From positions 32,773 through 96,772 of the forward strand of contig JAGOSO010000001.1 in the NCBI GenBank assembly GCA_018062285.1: a DNA stretch of 64,000 nucleotides, given 5' to 3'. This document shows positions 46,847 through 57,520 of the stretch, piece by piece. The notes under the pieces were generated by a model. That model saw only the letters and a list, made by a program, of their open reading frames with translations. It made no database searches and was not told the DNA's origin. The position numbers were made by a program, and so were the translations under genes. Within the stretch, counting starts at the first letter, position 1. Each line of letters begins with the position of its first letter. This DNA is from Minisyncoccota bacterium. GTDB taxonomy: Bacteria; Patescibacteriota; Minisyncoccia; 2-02-FULL-40-12; GWA2-44-9.

Positions 46847-47203
46847 TTATTTCTTAGCTGGTGTTTTAGCATCAGCGGCTGGGGCTTTTGCGGCCTGTGC
46901 AGCTTCAATTTCTTTTTGTTTTGCAGCAGCTTCCATTTCCTTCTGCATCTTGCCTCCGTGGCGACTAAACTTCCTGGTAGGTGCAAATTCGCCCAATTTA
47001 TGACCAACCATATCTTCAGTGACAAATACTGGAAGGTGAACGCGTCCGTTGTGAACACCAAAAGTATAGCCAATCATTTCTGGAGATATAGAACATGCGC
47101 GAGACCAAGTTTTGATGATGGTCTTGTCGCCTGCTTTCAAGTTGGCAATCTTCTTAAGAAGACGCTCATCTCGATATGGACCTTTTTTGAGTGATCGTGA
47201 CAT
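46847..47203 (-). CDS. rpsS: 30S ribosomal protein S19 with Ala/Lys-rich C-terminal tail
   Basis: S19 core ...[18 protein letters not shown]..., then [34 protein letters not shown]. Confidence 0.9.
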   Translation of the reverse strand: MSRSLKKGPYRDERLLKKIANLKAGDKTIIKTWSRACSISPEMIGYTFGVHNGRVHLPVFVTEDMVGHKLGEFAPTRKFSRHGGKMQKEMEAAAKQKEIEAAQAAKAPAADAKTPAKK

Positions 47204-47208
47204 ATGGT

Positions 47209-48042
47209 TTATTTAGTCCTGCGTCTAACAATGAATTTATTTGTTTTATTCTTCTTGTTTCTGGTCTTGCGTCCTCCCGTAATCTTACCTTGGGCAGTCT
47301 TTGGTCGGCGTGTACCTCGACTTTGTCGGCCTTCGCCTCCACCGTATGGATGGTCAACAGGGTTCATGGCACTAGCTCTGACTTTTGGTCGTCGGCCTAA
47401 CCAACGAGTTCGGCCGGCTTTACCCAAACTAACTGAACTATGCTCAGAGTTCGAAAGCTGTCCGATAGAAGCAAAGCACTGGTCAGAAATCAATCGAGTT
47501 TCAGAAGAAGGCATAACCAATTGAACATATCCACCTTCACTGGCCAAAACACTAGCAGCCGAACCAGCAGAGCGAACGAGTGTTCCACCTTGGTTGGGAT
47601 GCATTTCAATATTGTGGACCAAAGAACCTTGAGGAATGTTCTTGAGCTTCATGCGGTTGCCTGGTTTCAAAGAGGCACGTTCAGCAGTGATAATAGCATC
47701 ACCAGCCTTCATTTCTTGAGGAGCAAGAATATAGCGCTTTTCACCATCAGCAAAGTGAACACGGGCGATACGACTAGTTCGGTTTGGATCGTATTCAATA
47801 GATGCAATGACTCCTGGAATATCGATTTTGTTTTGTTTGAAATCAATATCACGGAAAACACGCTTGTGGCCACCGCCACGTCCTTGACGACCAGCGGAAA
47901 TATGACCTTTGTTGTCACGACCATAAGCCTTCTTGAAGCCATGCTTCTTAGACTTTAATGGAGCGATATCAGTCAATCCAGAGAAATCATAACCCTGCAT
48001 GGATCGGCGTGATGGACTTGTTGGTTTATAATCTTTTGGCAT
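47209..48042 (-). CDS. rplB: 50S ribosomal protein L2
   Basis: 277 aa, canonical L2. Confidence 0.95.
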   Translation of the reverse strand: MPKDYKPTSPSRRSMQGYDFSGLTDIAPLKSKKHGFKKAYGRDNKGHISAGRQGRGGGHKRVFRDIDFKQNKIDIPGVIASIEYDPNRTSRIARVHFADGEKRYILAPQEMKAGDAIITAERASLKPGNRMKLKNIPQGSLVHNIEMHPNQGGTLVRSAGSAASVLASEGGYVQLVMPSSETRLISDQCFASIGQLSNSEHSSVSLGKAGRTRWLGRRPKVRASAMNPVDHPYGGGEGRQSRGTRRPKTAQGKITGGRKTRNKKNKTNKFIVRRRTK

Positions 48043-48046
48043 AAAA

Positions 48047-48457
48047 TTAGGCTTTGGCAGAATTAATTGAATCGCCCTCAGCTAAAGTAACAATCGCCTT
48101 TCGGAAACCAGCTTTGGTTCCAATGTGTCGGCCGACAGTTCTCTTTTTGGAAGGCATGTTGATCATATTAACTGCTACAACTTTAACCTTATATCTGTTT
48201 TCGATAGCCTTCTTAACTTCTGGCTTGTTGGCATCGCGAGTAACCTTGAACATATATTGGTTCATGGTTTCTAAGCGACTAGCCTTTTCGGAAACATAAG
48301 GATGCAAAATTGCTGAAACTTTTGAAATAATTAAATTAGAAGTATTGGCGACAACTGGAGCAGCCTCAACTTTAACTTCTTTGGTGGCCTTAACCTTAGC
48401 AACTGTTTTGCTCTTGGTGGCAGCCTTTTTAGTTTTGAAAATATTAAGTGCGCTCAT
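48047..48457 (-). CDS. rplW: 50S ribosomal protein L23 (with Lys/Ala-rich N-terminal extension)
   Basis: 136 aa; the L23 core follows a basic N-terminal segment. Confidence 0.85.
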   Translation of the reverse strand: MSALNIFKTKKAATKSKTVAKVKATKEVKVEAAPVVANTSNLIISKVSAILHPYVSEKASRLETMNQYMFKVTRDANKPEVKKAIENRYKVKVVAVNMINMPSKKRTVGRHIGTKAGFRKAIVTLAEGDSINSAKA

Positions 48458-48458
48458 A

Positions 48459-49106
48459 TTATTCAGATTTCTTGCCCCATTGCTTTTCGATAGCAGCCAA
48501 AGATTCTTTTGAAAGAATCACTCGGTTAGCTTCAAGCAAAACTAATGGATTTAAATTTCTGGATTCGATTGTATTTAAGTATGGTAAATTGCGGGCCGAT
48601 TTGTATACAACCAATGAATCAGTTGGGGTAACCAACAAGACATTACTCAAGCGACCAATGACGCCACCGAGCTTGTTCATGATAGTAGCCATCTCTTTAG
48701 TCTTTGGCTTTTCAAGAGTCAAAGCATCAACGATAAACAATTGGCCATCGCGAGCTTTGGATGACAAAGCAACCTTTAGTGCTTTCTGCATCATCTTCTT
48801 GTTAATTTCTTTTTTGAAATTCTTTTCTTTAGTTGGACCACCAGTTACGCCCCCAGAACGCCAGATTGGTGAACGGATAGAACCGTGACGAGCTCGGCCG
48901 GTGCCTTTTTGCTTCCAAGGTTTCTTGCCGCCTCCGCGAACTTCGCCTCGGCCTTTAGTGTGAGCCAAAACCTGTCTCTTGTTAGACATCTGAGAAGTAA
49001 TAATTTGATGAAGCAAGTCTTGATTCATTGGCAAACCGAAGATTGAATCAGAAAGATCAATCGTGCCGACTTGCTTTGCCTCTTTGTTGTATAAAGGGAA
49101 TTCCAT
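48459..49106 (-). CDS. rplD: 50S ribosomal protein L4
   Basis: Start set at MEFPLYNKEAKQ... (ATG 49106), five nt after the L3 stop. The longer track ORF overlaps rplC. Confidence 0.85.
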   Translation of the reverse strand: MEFPLYNKEAKQVGTIDLSDSIFGLPMNQDLLHQIITSQMSNKRQVLAHTKGRGEVRGGGKKPWKQKGTGRARHGSIRSPIWRSGGVTGGPTKEKNFKKEINKKMMQKALKVALSSKARDGQLFIVDALTLEKPKTKEMATIMNKLGGVIGRLSNVLLVTPTDSLVVYKSARNLPYLNTIESRNLNPLVLLEANRVILSKESLAAIEKQWGKKSE

Positions 49107-49113
49107 ATTCGTG

Positions 49114-49710
49114 TTATGCGCTAATTTCCAACATACTACCTTTGTTGCCAGGAACGGCACCAGTGATAGCCATCAATTTATTTTCTGCATCAATCTTAAC
49201 AATCTTCAAACCGCGAATTGATTTATTGACACCACCCATTCGGCCAGCCATGCGCATACCCTTCAACGTATGTTGTGGGAAGCGTTGACCAATAGAACCG
49301 GCGTGACGCAAAACTGAATGAGCACCGTGAGATGCAGGCATACCTCGGAAGCCATGGCGTTTAACAACACCTTGGAAACCCTTACCCTTAGATACGCCAC
49401 TGACTTTTACGCTCTCGCCTTCAGCAAAAGCAGAAATATCAATGGTGTCTCCAACTTTTAATTCACTATCGGCTTTAAATTCTTTTAAGATTGCAAACAT
49501 CCCCAAATCTTTAACATGACCCTTGGCTGGCTTGTTTAACTTTTTCTTAAGACCAGTTCCAATTTGAACAGCTTCATAACCATCATTTTCTTTGGTCTTA
49601 ACTTGAACAACAACGTTAGGCTCGATTTGAACCAAAGTAACAGGGACGACGGTTCCGTCTTCCTTAAACATTTGAGTCATCCCGATTTTTGTTCCCAAGA
49701 TATACTTCAT
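49114..49710 (-). CDS. rplC: 50S ribosomal protein L3
   Basis: Start set at MKYILGTKIGMTQMF... (ATG 49710), which is the canonical L3 N-terminus. Confidence 0.9.
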   Translation of the reverse strand: MKYILGTKIGMTQMFKEDGTVVPVTLVQIEPNVVVQVKTKENDGYEAVQIGTGLKKKLNKPAKGHVKDLGMFAILKEFKADSELKVGDTIDISAFAEGESVKVSGVSKGKGFQGVVKRHGFRGMPASHGAHSVLRHAGSIGQRFPQHTLKGMRMAGRMGGVNKSIRGLKIVKIDAENKLMAITGAVPGNKGSMLEISA

Positions 49711-49970
49711 ATCGTTTTGAAATTTTGCCACAAAAAATACCGGACACGCCGGCAAAGCGCAAGTCCATCTAATTTTGTGTGTTCCTGAATCTTATATTAA
49801 ACCGGCCTAATAATCAAGGTCGTAGCTAAGCGGTGCATTTTTACAAACCGGATGTGGCAGGTGTTCTCGCTTCCGCGAACTTTCCTGTCCCTTGCCGGAT
49901 AAATACTGCCGTCTTCATTACTACCTTATTCTCCTCTCCTGGTTTCCCAAGAGAGGAAGTAAGATAACAA
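49711..49970 (-). promoter_or_regulatory. 260-nt structured spacer between rpsJ and rplC (internal attenuator-like hairpins)
   Basis: These two genes are normally adjacent. The spacer contains stems CCTCTCTTGG-gaaa-CCAGGAGAGG and CCGGCGTGTCCGG followed by TATTTTTTG just before the rplC RBS. No ORF. Confidence 0.35.
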
Positions 49971-50309
49971 TTACATTTTTACTTCGATATCGACACCAGC
50001 TGGGAGATTCAAGTTCATCAGAGCATCGATAATCTTTGGACTAGGCGATGTGATGTCTATCAATCTCTTGTGGGTACGCATTTCGAACTGCTCGCGGGAA
50101 TTCTTATCGATGAAGGGCGATCGGTTGACCGTGTACTTCTGAATTTCCGTTGGCAATGGGACTGGGCCAATTGGCCTGCCACCAAAGCGTTCAATCGTTT
50201 CCACAATTTGCTTAGCGGACTTATCGATAATCTTATTATCGTAAGCCTTAAGCTTAATGCGAATACGCTGCTCGGTTGATTCTGGTTTTTTTGATGCTTT
50301 GGTTGCCAT
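49971..50309 (-). CDS. rpsJ: 30S ribosomal protein S10
   Basis: ...[10 protein letters not shown]...PLPT...R...[18 protein letters not shown] is canonical S10. Confidence 0.95.
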   Translation of the reverse strand: MATKASKKPESTEQRIRIKLKAYDNKIIDKSAKQIVETIERFGGRPIGPVPLPTEIQKYTVNRSPFIDKNSREQFEMRTHKRLIDITSPSPKIIDALMNLNLPAGVDIEVKM

Positions 50310-50361
50310 ATCTTTTAGGAAAGAACTTGCGAGTCCTGGCCGAAGCCAGAACTCACTTGTT

Positions 50362-51561
50362 TTACTTGATGATTTTAACTACCGCACCTGCACCGACGGT
50401 CTTACCTCCTTCGCGGATAGCGAAACGAAGTTTCTCGTCCATGGCAACTGGGGCAATCAATTTAACATCCAAAGTGATGGTATCACCAGGCATAACCATT
50501 TCTGTTCCTTCTGGAAGAATGATTTCGCCAGTAACATCGGTAGTTCGGAAGTAGAATTGAGGTTTGTAACCTTTCAAGAATGGAGTGTGTCGTCCACCTT
50601 CTTCTTTGGTCAAGACATAAATCTCAGCTGAGAAGTCAGTGTGTGGAGTGATCGAACCTGGCTTGGCCAAAACCTGACCACGTTCAACATCTTCTTTCTT
50701 GGTACCGCGGAGCAAGATACCAGCATTGTCGCCAGCCTCACCTGAGTCCAACTGCTTGTTGAACATTTCGATACCAGTGACAACAGTCTTTACTGTTGGC
50801 TTCAAACCAACGATTTCAACTTCATCGTTAAGTTTAAGGGTACCGCGTTCGATACGACCAGTAACAACAGTGCCACGACCTTCGATAGCGAAGATATCTT
50901 CGATAGGCATCAAGAATGGCTTATCGGTATCGCGAACTGGATCTGGAATGAAACTATCAAGAGCATTCACCAATTCAATGAAAGGCTTGGTAGCATCGTC
51001 TTTTGCGTTTGAAGCAAGAGCTTTGGTTGCTGAACCACGGATAATAGGAGTGGTGTCGCCTGGGAAACCATTCTTAGTCAATAACTCACGAATTTCAGCT
51101 TCAACCAAATCAGCTAATTCAGCATCTTCAACCATGTCCATCTTGTTCATGAAGACAACGATATAAGGAACGCCGACCTGCTTAGCGAGCAAGATGTGTT
51201 CACGAGTTTGAGGCATAGGACCATCTGGAGCAGAAACAACCAAGATTGCACCGTCCATCTGGGCAGCACCGGTGATCATGTTCTTGATGTAGTCGGCGTG
51301 ACCTGGGCAGTCAACGTGAGCATAGTGACGCTTTGGGGTTTCGTATTCTGAGTGGTGAGTAGAGATTGTAATACCTCTGGCTCGTTCTTCAGGAGCCTTG
51401 TCGATTGAATCAACACCTTCTACGCGTGAACCATAGCTTTCGTCCTTGTACAAATCCAAAACATGCAAAATAGCCGCCGTAGTGGTGGTTTTTCCATGGT
51501 CAACGTGGCCAATAGTGCCGACGTTTACGTGTGGTTTATTTCTTTCAAATTTTCCTGCCAT
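50362..51561 (-). CDS. tuf: elongation factor Tu
   Basis: 399 aa: [21 protein letters not shown]. Confidence 0.97.
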   Translation of the reverse strand: MAGKFERNKPHVNVGTIGHVDHGKTTTTAAILHVLDLYKDESYGSRVEGVDSIDKAPEERARGITISTHHSEYETPKRHYAHVDCPGHADYIKNMITGAAQMDGAILVVSAPDGPMPQTREHILLAKQVGVPYIVVFMNKMDMVEDAELADLVEAEIRELLTKNGFPGDTTPIIRGSATKALASNAKDDATKPFIELVNALDSFIPDPVRDTDKPFLMPIEDIFAIEGRGTVVTGRIERGTLKLNDEVEIVGLKPTVKTVVTGIEMFNKQLDSGEAGDNAGILLRGTKKEDVERGQVLAKPGSITPHTDFSAEIYVLTKEEGGRHTPFLKGYKPQFYFRTTDVTGEIILPEGTEMVMPGDTITLDVKLIAPVAMDEKLRFAIREGGKTVGAGAVVKIIK

Positions 51562-51685
51562 TCGGGTATATAGCTTATAGGTTTTTACGTATCGGTTGAA
51601 TTGGAAGCCGAGACGTAAGAGTCCAGAAGCTATCTGTTAATGTGTATATCTATTTTAGCTGAAAACCAAATGAGAGTCAAGCCTT

Positions 51686-51970
51686 TTAGATACCGAGTCC
51701 TTTTTCCTCTTCTTCGATCTGTTCCTTGAGGGCCAAGATGTCCTTATTTATCCTCTCCAACAGCTCCATATCACTACTCTGATTTACCGCTGGTGACACA
51801 ACTGGCTGGGCCACAAAACGAGGCTCTTTTACTGACGAATCCCCTTCGGTCTTTTCTAACAAATCCTTGTAGGACTTATAGTCTACGACCACATACGATG
51901 GTTCTCCGTTATCCATAATCAAAACCGCTGTCGAATGCTTGAGCATCTTCTTTAATTCAGAGATATTCAT
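51686..51970 (-). CDS. Phd/YefM-like antitoxin-fold protein (94 aa) with acidic coiled-coil C-terminus
   Basis: N-terminus MNISELKKMLKHSTAVLIMDNGEPSYVVVDYKSYKDLLE fits the YefM/Phd pattern (...I..nG.p..V..s.eeYe.L.E). Part of an insertion between fusA and tuf. Confidence 0.45.
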   Translation of the reverse strand: MNISELKKMLKHSTAVLIMDNGEPSYVVVDYKSYKDLLEKTEGDSSVKEPRFVAQPVVSPAVNQSSDMELLERINKDILALKEQIEEEEKGLGI

Positions 51971-51995
51971 ATTGCCCCCATACTAACGCAATCCA

Positions 51996-52049
51996 TAAAA
52001 AAGAAAAGCCCTGACAAGGATGTGTTGTTGAACACATCCTTGTCAGGGC
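51996..52049 (-). terminator. strong terminator of the 52064..52936 gene (19-bp perfect stem GCCCTGACAAGGATGTGTT/AACACATCCTTGTCAGGGC plus T-run)
   Basis: Read directly from the sequence. On the minus strand it is followed by TTTTCTTTTTTAT. Confidence 0.7.
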
Positions 52050-52063
52050 AAAGAACGACCGAC

Positions 52064-52936
52064 TTACGATCCCGTCTTTCGGGTCTCCTGCCTCTTCCAG
52101 AATTCATCTGCCCGGAATCTAAAATGTTCCTTCCAGGTTCGACTGGGAACAATGCCATGGTCGTACGCAACCGACTCAAGATTTTCCCGCAGGATCTGGC
52201 AGGCGGGCGAGCGATATCGCCCCATATCTTCTCTCGCAGACTCGAGAATACCCTGAATGGCTTTCTGTAATTCGATGTGTTGCTTCTCTTCTGTCTTTAT
52301 TGATTCCAACATCGACAGGACGTCGATGTGGTTAAAAATATTTTCAAGACTAGAGAATGTCAAAAAATTCTTCTGGGTCAAGACGAAAAGCGGGCCGTCT
52401 TTCCCAATCACTCGCTTCAAAGACCACTTCTTGGCCAAATTTCCATGAATCTTGACCGGGAACCTGAAACGGCTGTTGGAAAAAGCGAGGAGAGAAAAAT
52501 CGGCACCTTCCAAAAAAGCTCGTGTTTTCTGAAGCCTCAACCATTCACCAAGAGAGATCTCTTTTATCTTGTTGTCATATCCAATCCTGTACGTGCTGGT
52601 CGGACCAAACCACTTCCAGAACAAGTCATCCGAAAACCCACTCATAGAATTAATGAACACAATGGCGCTCATAAAGGAAATCGCCACCCAAGTCGATTCA
52701 TAGTGCGCAGACAAGAAGGTGGATTTGGGGATTACCCAATTTGTGATGACCCACCACCACACTTTCACAAACAGTAACCCGGCCACAACCATAATAGAGG
52801 TGTAGGAAAAACGATTCCAATTTTTAAGGTCACGGAAAAATGTTGCGATCACAAACCCGGGGTAACCACAGAGCCCGAAGAAAAAACTCATAAGGCTCCA
52901 AAAAACGAGAACGAAAAAATACAACATAGCACACAC
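52064..52936 (-). CDS. hypothetical integral membrane protein (290 aa: N-terminal about 4 TM helices plus about 170-aa cytoplasmic domain), own promoter and terminator
   Basis: GAGGAG RBS. Promoter TTGATT-N17-TATAAT (-35 53069-53074, -10 53046-53051) right after the fusA terminator. It is inserted between fusA and tuf. Confidence 0.45.
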   Translation of the reverse strand: MCAMLYFFVLVFWSLMSFFFGLCGYPGFVIATFFRDLKNWNRFSYTSIMVVAGLLFVKVWWWVITNWVIPKSTFLSAHYESTWVAISFMSAIVFINSMSGFSDDLFWKWFGPTSTYRIGYDNKIKEISLGEWLRLQKTRAFLEGADFSLLAFSNSRFRFPVKIHGNLAKKWSLKRVIGKDGPLFVLTQKNFLTFSSLENIFNHIDVLSMLESIKTEEKQHIELQKAIQGILESAREDMGRYRSPACQILRENLESVAYDHGIVPSRTWKEHFRFRADEFWKRQETRKTGS

Positions 52937-53091
52937 TCCTCAGCGATAGGCCCAAAGTCCTACCGGTGAACGAAGCCGCTCATGGCCATTTCGCAGAATT
53001 GCGAACTTTCCATGCGGAGCCTCTTTGTTAACGAACAACGACAATATTATACAATACTAATTTATAAAAATCAATATTAAGATGCCCCCAC

Positions 53092-53120
53092 CAAAAAACA
53101 CCCGTATGGGTGTTTTTTGG
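53092..53120 (-). terminator. fusA terminator (AAAAAACACCCATACGGGTGTTTTTTTGG on minus)
   Basis: Hairpin plus T-run immediately downstream of the fusA stop. Confidence 0.6.
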
Positions 53121-53151
53121 TGTCGAGAATGACGAGAGGCGGAATGAGCGA

Positions 53152-55254
53152 TTATTTCTTGCCTTCAATAATCTGCTGAGCGACGTTTGATGGAACTGGT
53201 TCGTAGTGATCGAATTCCATGGTGTAGTTACCACGACCTTCAGTTAATGAGCGGAGGGAAGTTGAGTAACCAAACATTGAAGATAATGGAACACGAGCAT
53301 CGATAACTTTCAAACTCAATGATGATCGATCAGCAATGTTAATAATCTGACCACGGCGTCCAGCAATATCACCGGTTGTTTCACCCATCGATTTTTCAGG
53401 AATGATAACTTCAACTTTCATGATAGGTTCAAGTAAAACTGGTTTGGCGCGCTTGGAAGATTCTTGTAATGCAGTTGAGCCAGCCATTTTGAAAGCGATT
53501 TCAGAAGAGTCGACTTCGTGGTAAGAACCATCGTACAAAGTAACTTTGATGTCTACCATTGGGAAGCCGGCGACAACGCCACGCTCAAGAGCTTCTTGAA
53601 TACCCTTTTCAGTTGGTTTCACGAATTCTTCAGGAATGGCACCGCCTTTAATAGCGTTAACGAATTCATAACCAGCACCACGTTCCAATGGTTCAACTTT
53701 CAACCAAACGTGACCGTACTGACCACGACCGCCGGATTGTTTAATATATTTACCTTCAGCTTGAGCTTCTTGAGTAATAGTTTCTTTATAAGCAACCTGT
53801 GGGCGACCGACGTTGGCTTCAACAGAGAATTCACGGCGCATGCGGTCAACCAAAACGTCTAAGTGCAATTCGCCCATACCAGATATAATGGTTTCGCCGG
53901 TTTCAGCATCGGTGCGAATACGGAAAGTTGGGTCTTCATCAGAAAGTTTGCGCAAAGCCATGCCCATCTTTTCTTGGTCGGCTTTTGTCTTAGGTTCGAT
54001 ACGCAAAGAGATAACTGGTTCTGGCGCATCGATACCCAACAAAGTAACTGGGTGCTCAGGATCGCAAAGAGTATCGCCTGTTTTAGTAGCTTTCAAACCA
54101 ACAGCGGCAGCAATACCACCAGCGTCGATTTCTTTGATTTCTTCACGTTCGTTAGCGTGCAAACGAACGATACGTCCAATACGTTCTTGCTGACCAGTAC
54201 GAGTATTTAAAACATAGGAACCGGCTTGCAACATACCAGAATAGACACGGAAGAAAGTAAGCTGACCAACATAAGGGTCGGTTGCGACTTTGAAAGCCAA
54301 AGCACGGAAAGGTTCTGAATCAGATGGCTTAGCGATTATTTCTTCACCAGCTTCACCCTTACCGATTGTTGGAGGAACATCTATTGGAGAAGGTAAGAAG
54401 AAGGCAACAGCGTCAAGAACGAGCTGAACACCTTTATTCTTCAAAGCAGAACCGCAATACACAGGGTAAATTTTACCAGCGATAACAGCAGAGCGAAGAA
54501 TAGTTTTTAATTTTTCAACTGGAATTTCTTTACCTTCAAGATAGTCGTTCATGGCGACTTCATCATTCTCGACAATCTTTTCTACCAAAATAGCGCGCTG
54601 TTTTTCAGCCTCTTCTTTTAATTCAGCAGGAATTGGACCACGAACAATCTTTTCACCTTTCACACCTTCAAACTGAACAAAATCCATCTCCATCAAATCA
54701 ACGACACCAGTAAACTGGTCTTCGTGGCCATTTGGAATCTGCATCTTTACAGCATTCGGTGTAAGACGTTCGAGAATCGATTGGTAAGAACGTTCAAATG
54801 ATGCGCCCAAGCGGTCTAATTTATTAATAAAGCAAACACGAGGAACATTGTAATCATCAGCGTAGCGCCAGTTGGTTTCAGATTGAGGTTCGACGCCGGC
54901 AACACCGTCGAAAACGACAACAGCACCATCAAGAACACGCATGGAGCGCTTAACCTCGATGGTAAAGTCGATGTGTCCTGGGGTATCGATTAAGTTGATC
55001 TTGATCTTTTTGGTGAGATCTCCAGCGGCGTTTGTTGGAGTCCAAAAAGTAGTTGTAGCGGCGGCTGTAATAGTAATACCACGTTCACGTTCCTGTTCCA
55101 TCCAGTCCATGACAGTATCCCCTTCGTGAACTTCACCGATTTTGTGACTAACACCAGTATAGAACAAAATGCGCTCGGAAACGGTCGTTTTTCCAGCGTC
55201 GATGTGGGCGATGACTCCAATATTTCTGACCTTTTCGATAGGGTATTCTCTCAC
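53152..55254 (-). CDS. fusA: elongation factor G
   Basis: 700 aa: [17 protein letters not shown], and the remaining G-domain motifs and domains II to V. Confidence 0.97.
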   Translation of the reverse strand: MREYPIEKVRNIGVIAHIDAGKTTVSERILFYTGVSHKIGEVHEGDTVMDWMEQERERGITITAAATTTFWTPTNAAGDLTKKIKINLIDTPGHIDFTIEVKRSMRVLDGAVVVFDGVAGVEPQSETNWRYADDYNVPRVCFINKLDRLGASFERSYQSILERLTPNAVKMQIPNGHEDQFTGVVDLMEMDFVQFEGVKGEKIVRGPIPAELKEEAEKQRAILVEKIVENDEVAMNDYLEGKEIPVEKLKTILRSAVIAGKIYPVYCGSALKNKGVQLVLDAVAFFLPSPIDVPPTIGKGEAGEEIIAKPSDSEPFRALAFKVATDPYVGQLTFFRVYSGMLQAGSYVLNTRTGQQERIGRIVRLHANEREEIKEIDAGGIAAAVGLKATKTGDTLCDPEHPVTLLGIDAPEPVISLRIEPKTKADQEKMGMALRKLSDEDPTFRIRTDAETGETIISGMGELHLDVLVDRMRREFSVEANVGRPQVAYKETITQEAQAEGKYIKQSGGRGQYGHVWLKVEPLERGAGYEFVNAIKGGAIPEEFVKPTEKGIQEALERGVVAGFPMVDIKVTLYDGSYHEVDSSEIAFKMAGSTALQESSKRAKPVLLEPIMKVEVIIPEKSMGETTGDIAGRRGQIINIADRSSLSLKVIDARVPLSSMFGYSTSLRSLTEGRGNYTMEFDHYEPVPSNVAQQIIEGKK

Positions 55255-55333
55255 AAACAGAACTTAGGATTTAGAACCTAGGATTCAGATTAGAGCTAAA
55301 TCCTAACCACTATGTCCTAATGACTAGTTATTT

Positions 55334-55810
55334 TTATTTATTGCCCCAAGCAAAGTGAGCAAAGGCTTTGTTGGCGTCGGCCATGCGGTGCATGTCGAGC
55401 TTCTTCTTGACGGCGTTTCCAGTATTATTAAAAGCATTCAATAATTCTTCGGCGAACTTTTCTTCCATTGGGCGGCCTTTAGCATTACGAGCAGCCTCAA
55501 CTAACCAGCGGACAGCTAAAGCGTTTTTGCGTTCTGGGCGAACTTCAATAGGAACCTGATAGTTAGCGCCACCGATACGGCGGGATTTCAATTCCATGTT
55601 TGGAGCAGCATTAGTGATAGCCGTTTCCAAAACTTCTAAAACAGGCTTCTTGGCTTTTTCGCCAGCGATTTCTAGAGCTTTGTAAACGATGCGAGTAGCA
55701 GTAGATTTGTGACCAGAATACATAATTCGGTTGATGATTTTAGCAACAACAAGACTCTGGTATTGGAGGTCTGGTTCTACGTGTGTTTTTCGTTTAACGG
55801 GTCTGCGCAT
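55334..55810 (-). CDS. rpsG: 30S ribosomal protein S7
   Basis: 158 aa, canonical S7. Confidence 0.95.
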   Translation of the reverse strand: MRRPVKRKTHVEPDLQYQSLVVAKIINRIMYSGHKSTATRIVYKALEIAGEKAKKPVLEVLETAITNAAPNMELKSRRIGGANYQVPIEVRPERKNALAVRWLVEAARNAKGRPMEEKFAEELLNAFNNTGNAVKKKLDMHRMADANKAFAHFAWGNK

Positions 55811-55833
55811 GTTTAAAGATTATAACTTAGTTA

Positions 55834-56244
55834 TTATTTACTTTTCTTAGCACCGTACTTAGAGCGCTGCTGCTTTCGGCCTTCAACGGCACCAGCATCA
55901 AGCACGCCACGAACGATATGATAACGAACACCTGGAAGATCCTTTACGCGACCACCACGGATAACAACAACTGAGTGCTCTTGTAAGTTATGACCAATAC
56001 CAGGGATATAGGCGGTGACTTCGTTGCCATTGGTTAAACGGACACGAGCGATTTTACGTAAAGCTGAGTTAGGTTTCTTAGGGGTCATTGTACGAACCTG
56101 AATGCAAACACCACGCTTAAATGAAGCTGGATAATAGACTGGCTTATTCTTAAGAGAGTTCATGCCGAACGTTAAAGCAGGCGACTTTGTTTTCGCTTTA
56201 GCTATTTTACGTGGCTTTTTTAATAGTTGTCTGAATGTTGGCAT
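55834..56244 (-). CDS. rpsL: 30S ribosomal protein S12
   Basis: 136 aa: ...[50 protein letters not shown]... TAGGAGG RBS. Confidence 0.95.
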   Translation of the reverse strand: MPTFRQLLKKPRKIAKAKTKSPALTFGMNSLKNKPVYYPASFKRGVCIQVRTMTPKKPNSALRKIARVRLTNGNEVTAYIPGIGHNLQEHSVVVIRGGRVKDLPGVRYHIVRGVLDAGAVEGRKQQRSKYGAKKSK

Positions 56245-56338
56245 TTATAAGTAAAAAAATATTCCTTACCTCCTAGCTGAATTGTTGTTCAACTTGTTTT
56301 GATATATTACCAGAAATAAAATACAAACGCAAGCCCGC

Positions 56339-56995
56339 CTACATATTCAGGCCCGTAATCAAATGAAACAGCCAAGGGACCAATGGGTAGATAATGGGGT
56401 AAATGAATAAAAGGAAGATAATAAAAAAGAAGATACTATATCTATATAGAAAGGCCTTGAAAGCATGATACCTATCTGAAAGAAGGGTCATTAGCACCCA
56501 ATGACCATCAAGAGGCGGGATGGGGAAAAGATTAAAAATAGCGAGCACTAAATTTATGGCCACAATTATGGCGAAGAGTTGGGGGAAGATTCCAGCTGGC
56601 AAAGCGCTTGGGAAGAAACGCAACATTAAACCGAAAACAAGAGCGATTAACATGTTTGAAGCTGGTCCAGCCATCGCCACCTTAAGAGGACCATATTTTT
56701 GATCTCTTAAATTTCTAGGATCATAAGGCACAGGCTTCGCATAACCAAATACAAAAGGACTGCCCGACAACAATAGAAGCAAAGGCAGAACAATTGAACC
56801 AAAAATATCAACATGACGAAGAGGATTCAAACTTAATCTACCCATTAAACGGGCAGTATCGTCTCCTAATGATTGAGCGGCAAAACCGTGGCTGACCTCA
56901 TGAATAACCACTGAATATAAGAAAGCCACCAAGCCAAATATGGTAATGATAGACATCGGTATTGCAATACTAACAATTTTAGTGTAATATAACAA
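56339..56995 (-). CDS. M50-family (site-2 protease-like) membrane zinc metalloprotease
   Basis: 218 aa polytopic protein with HExxH inside a TM helix (VIHEVSHGFAA) and downstream LDG. Confidence 0.65.
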   Translation of the reverse strand: MLYYTKIVSIAIPMSIITIFGLVAFLYSVVIHEVSHGFAAQSLGDDTARLMGRLSLNPLRHVDIFGSIVLPLLLLLSGSPFVFGYAKPVPYDPRNLRDQKYGPLKVAMAGPASNMLIALVFGLMLRFFPSALPAGIFPQLFAIIVAINLVLAIFNLFPIPPLDGHWVLMTLLSDRYHAFKAFLYRYSIFFFIIFLLFIYPIIYPLVPWLFHLITGLNM

Positions 56996-57000
56996 ACATT

Positions 57001-57192
57001 ATGACCAGATGTTCTAACTGCGGGAAAAAGCCGGTTATGTCGACCACACGAGTTCTTCTCCGTGGTCATTATAATCCAACAGTAAAATCCAAGCGCTACC
57101 CAAACCTTCAGTGGGCCCGCGTTGACGGCAAACGAGTCAAACTCTGCACTGACTGCATAAAGACTATCGCCAAGAAAGCTGCTAAAGCCTAA
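57001..57192 (+). CDS. rpmB: 50S ribosomal protein L28
   Basis: 63 aa: CSNCGKKP...GHYNPTVKSKRYPNLQWARVDGKRVKLCTDC matches L28 with Zn-binding Cys pairs. Promoter TTGCAA-N17-TAATAT directly upstream. Confidence 0.8.
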   Translation: MTRCSNCGKKPVMSTTRVLLRGHYNPTVKSKRYPNLQWARVDGKRVKLCTDCIKTIAKKAAKA

Positions 57193-57217
57193 GCCAAACA
57201 ATTTAATAAACAAAAGA

Positions 57218-57252
57218 ACGGGTTGAGCGCTTACGTGCTCAACCCGTTTTAG
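57218..57252 (+). terminator. bidirectional terminator (AACGGGTTGAGCGCTTACGTGCTCAACCCGTTTT)
   Basis: Perfect 13-bp stem. Serves rpmB on plus and the 57249..57506 gene on minus. Confidence 0.6.
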
Positions 57253-57506
57253 TACTTCACGATCCACTTCAGGAACTGAGTGGCCGACAAATCCGGCCAG
57301 ACCACCGATGCCTGCTGACACTCACGAATGAGAGCCTGCTGACAACGGGTAAACATCTTGCGAGCTTCTTCAAGCCCCCCAGATTCCTTCTTGAACGTTG
57401 CACGGTTCTGCGCCAACAAAAGTTCGTGCGCAGCATCACACAAGTTCTTCCAAAATGGGGCGAGTCGCGCATTGCGCTCGCAAATCTTTCCGAACCGAGA
57501 CAGCAT
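57249..57506 (-). CDS. hypothetical protein (85 aa), second gene of a two-gene higher-GC operon
   Basis: AAGGGAGGG RBS 5 nt upstream, immediately after the stop of the 57521..57991 gene. No recognisable motif. Confidence 0.4.
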   Translation of the reverse strand: MLSRFGKICERNARLAPFWKNLCDAAHELLLAQNRATFKKESGGLEEARKMFTRCQQALIRECQQASVVWPDLSATQFLKWIVKY

Positions 57507-57520
57507 CTGACCCTCCCTTA

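Noticed and set aside
51967-52179. 70-aa ORF overlapping the terminator between the two genes inserted between fusA and tuf.
   Set aside because: It spans the 19-bp perfect hairpin and a gene end, and it is out of frame with both neighbours.
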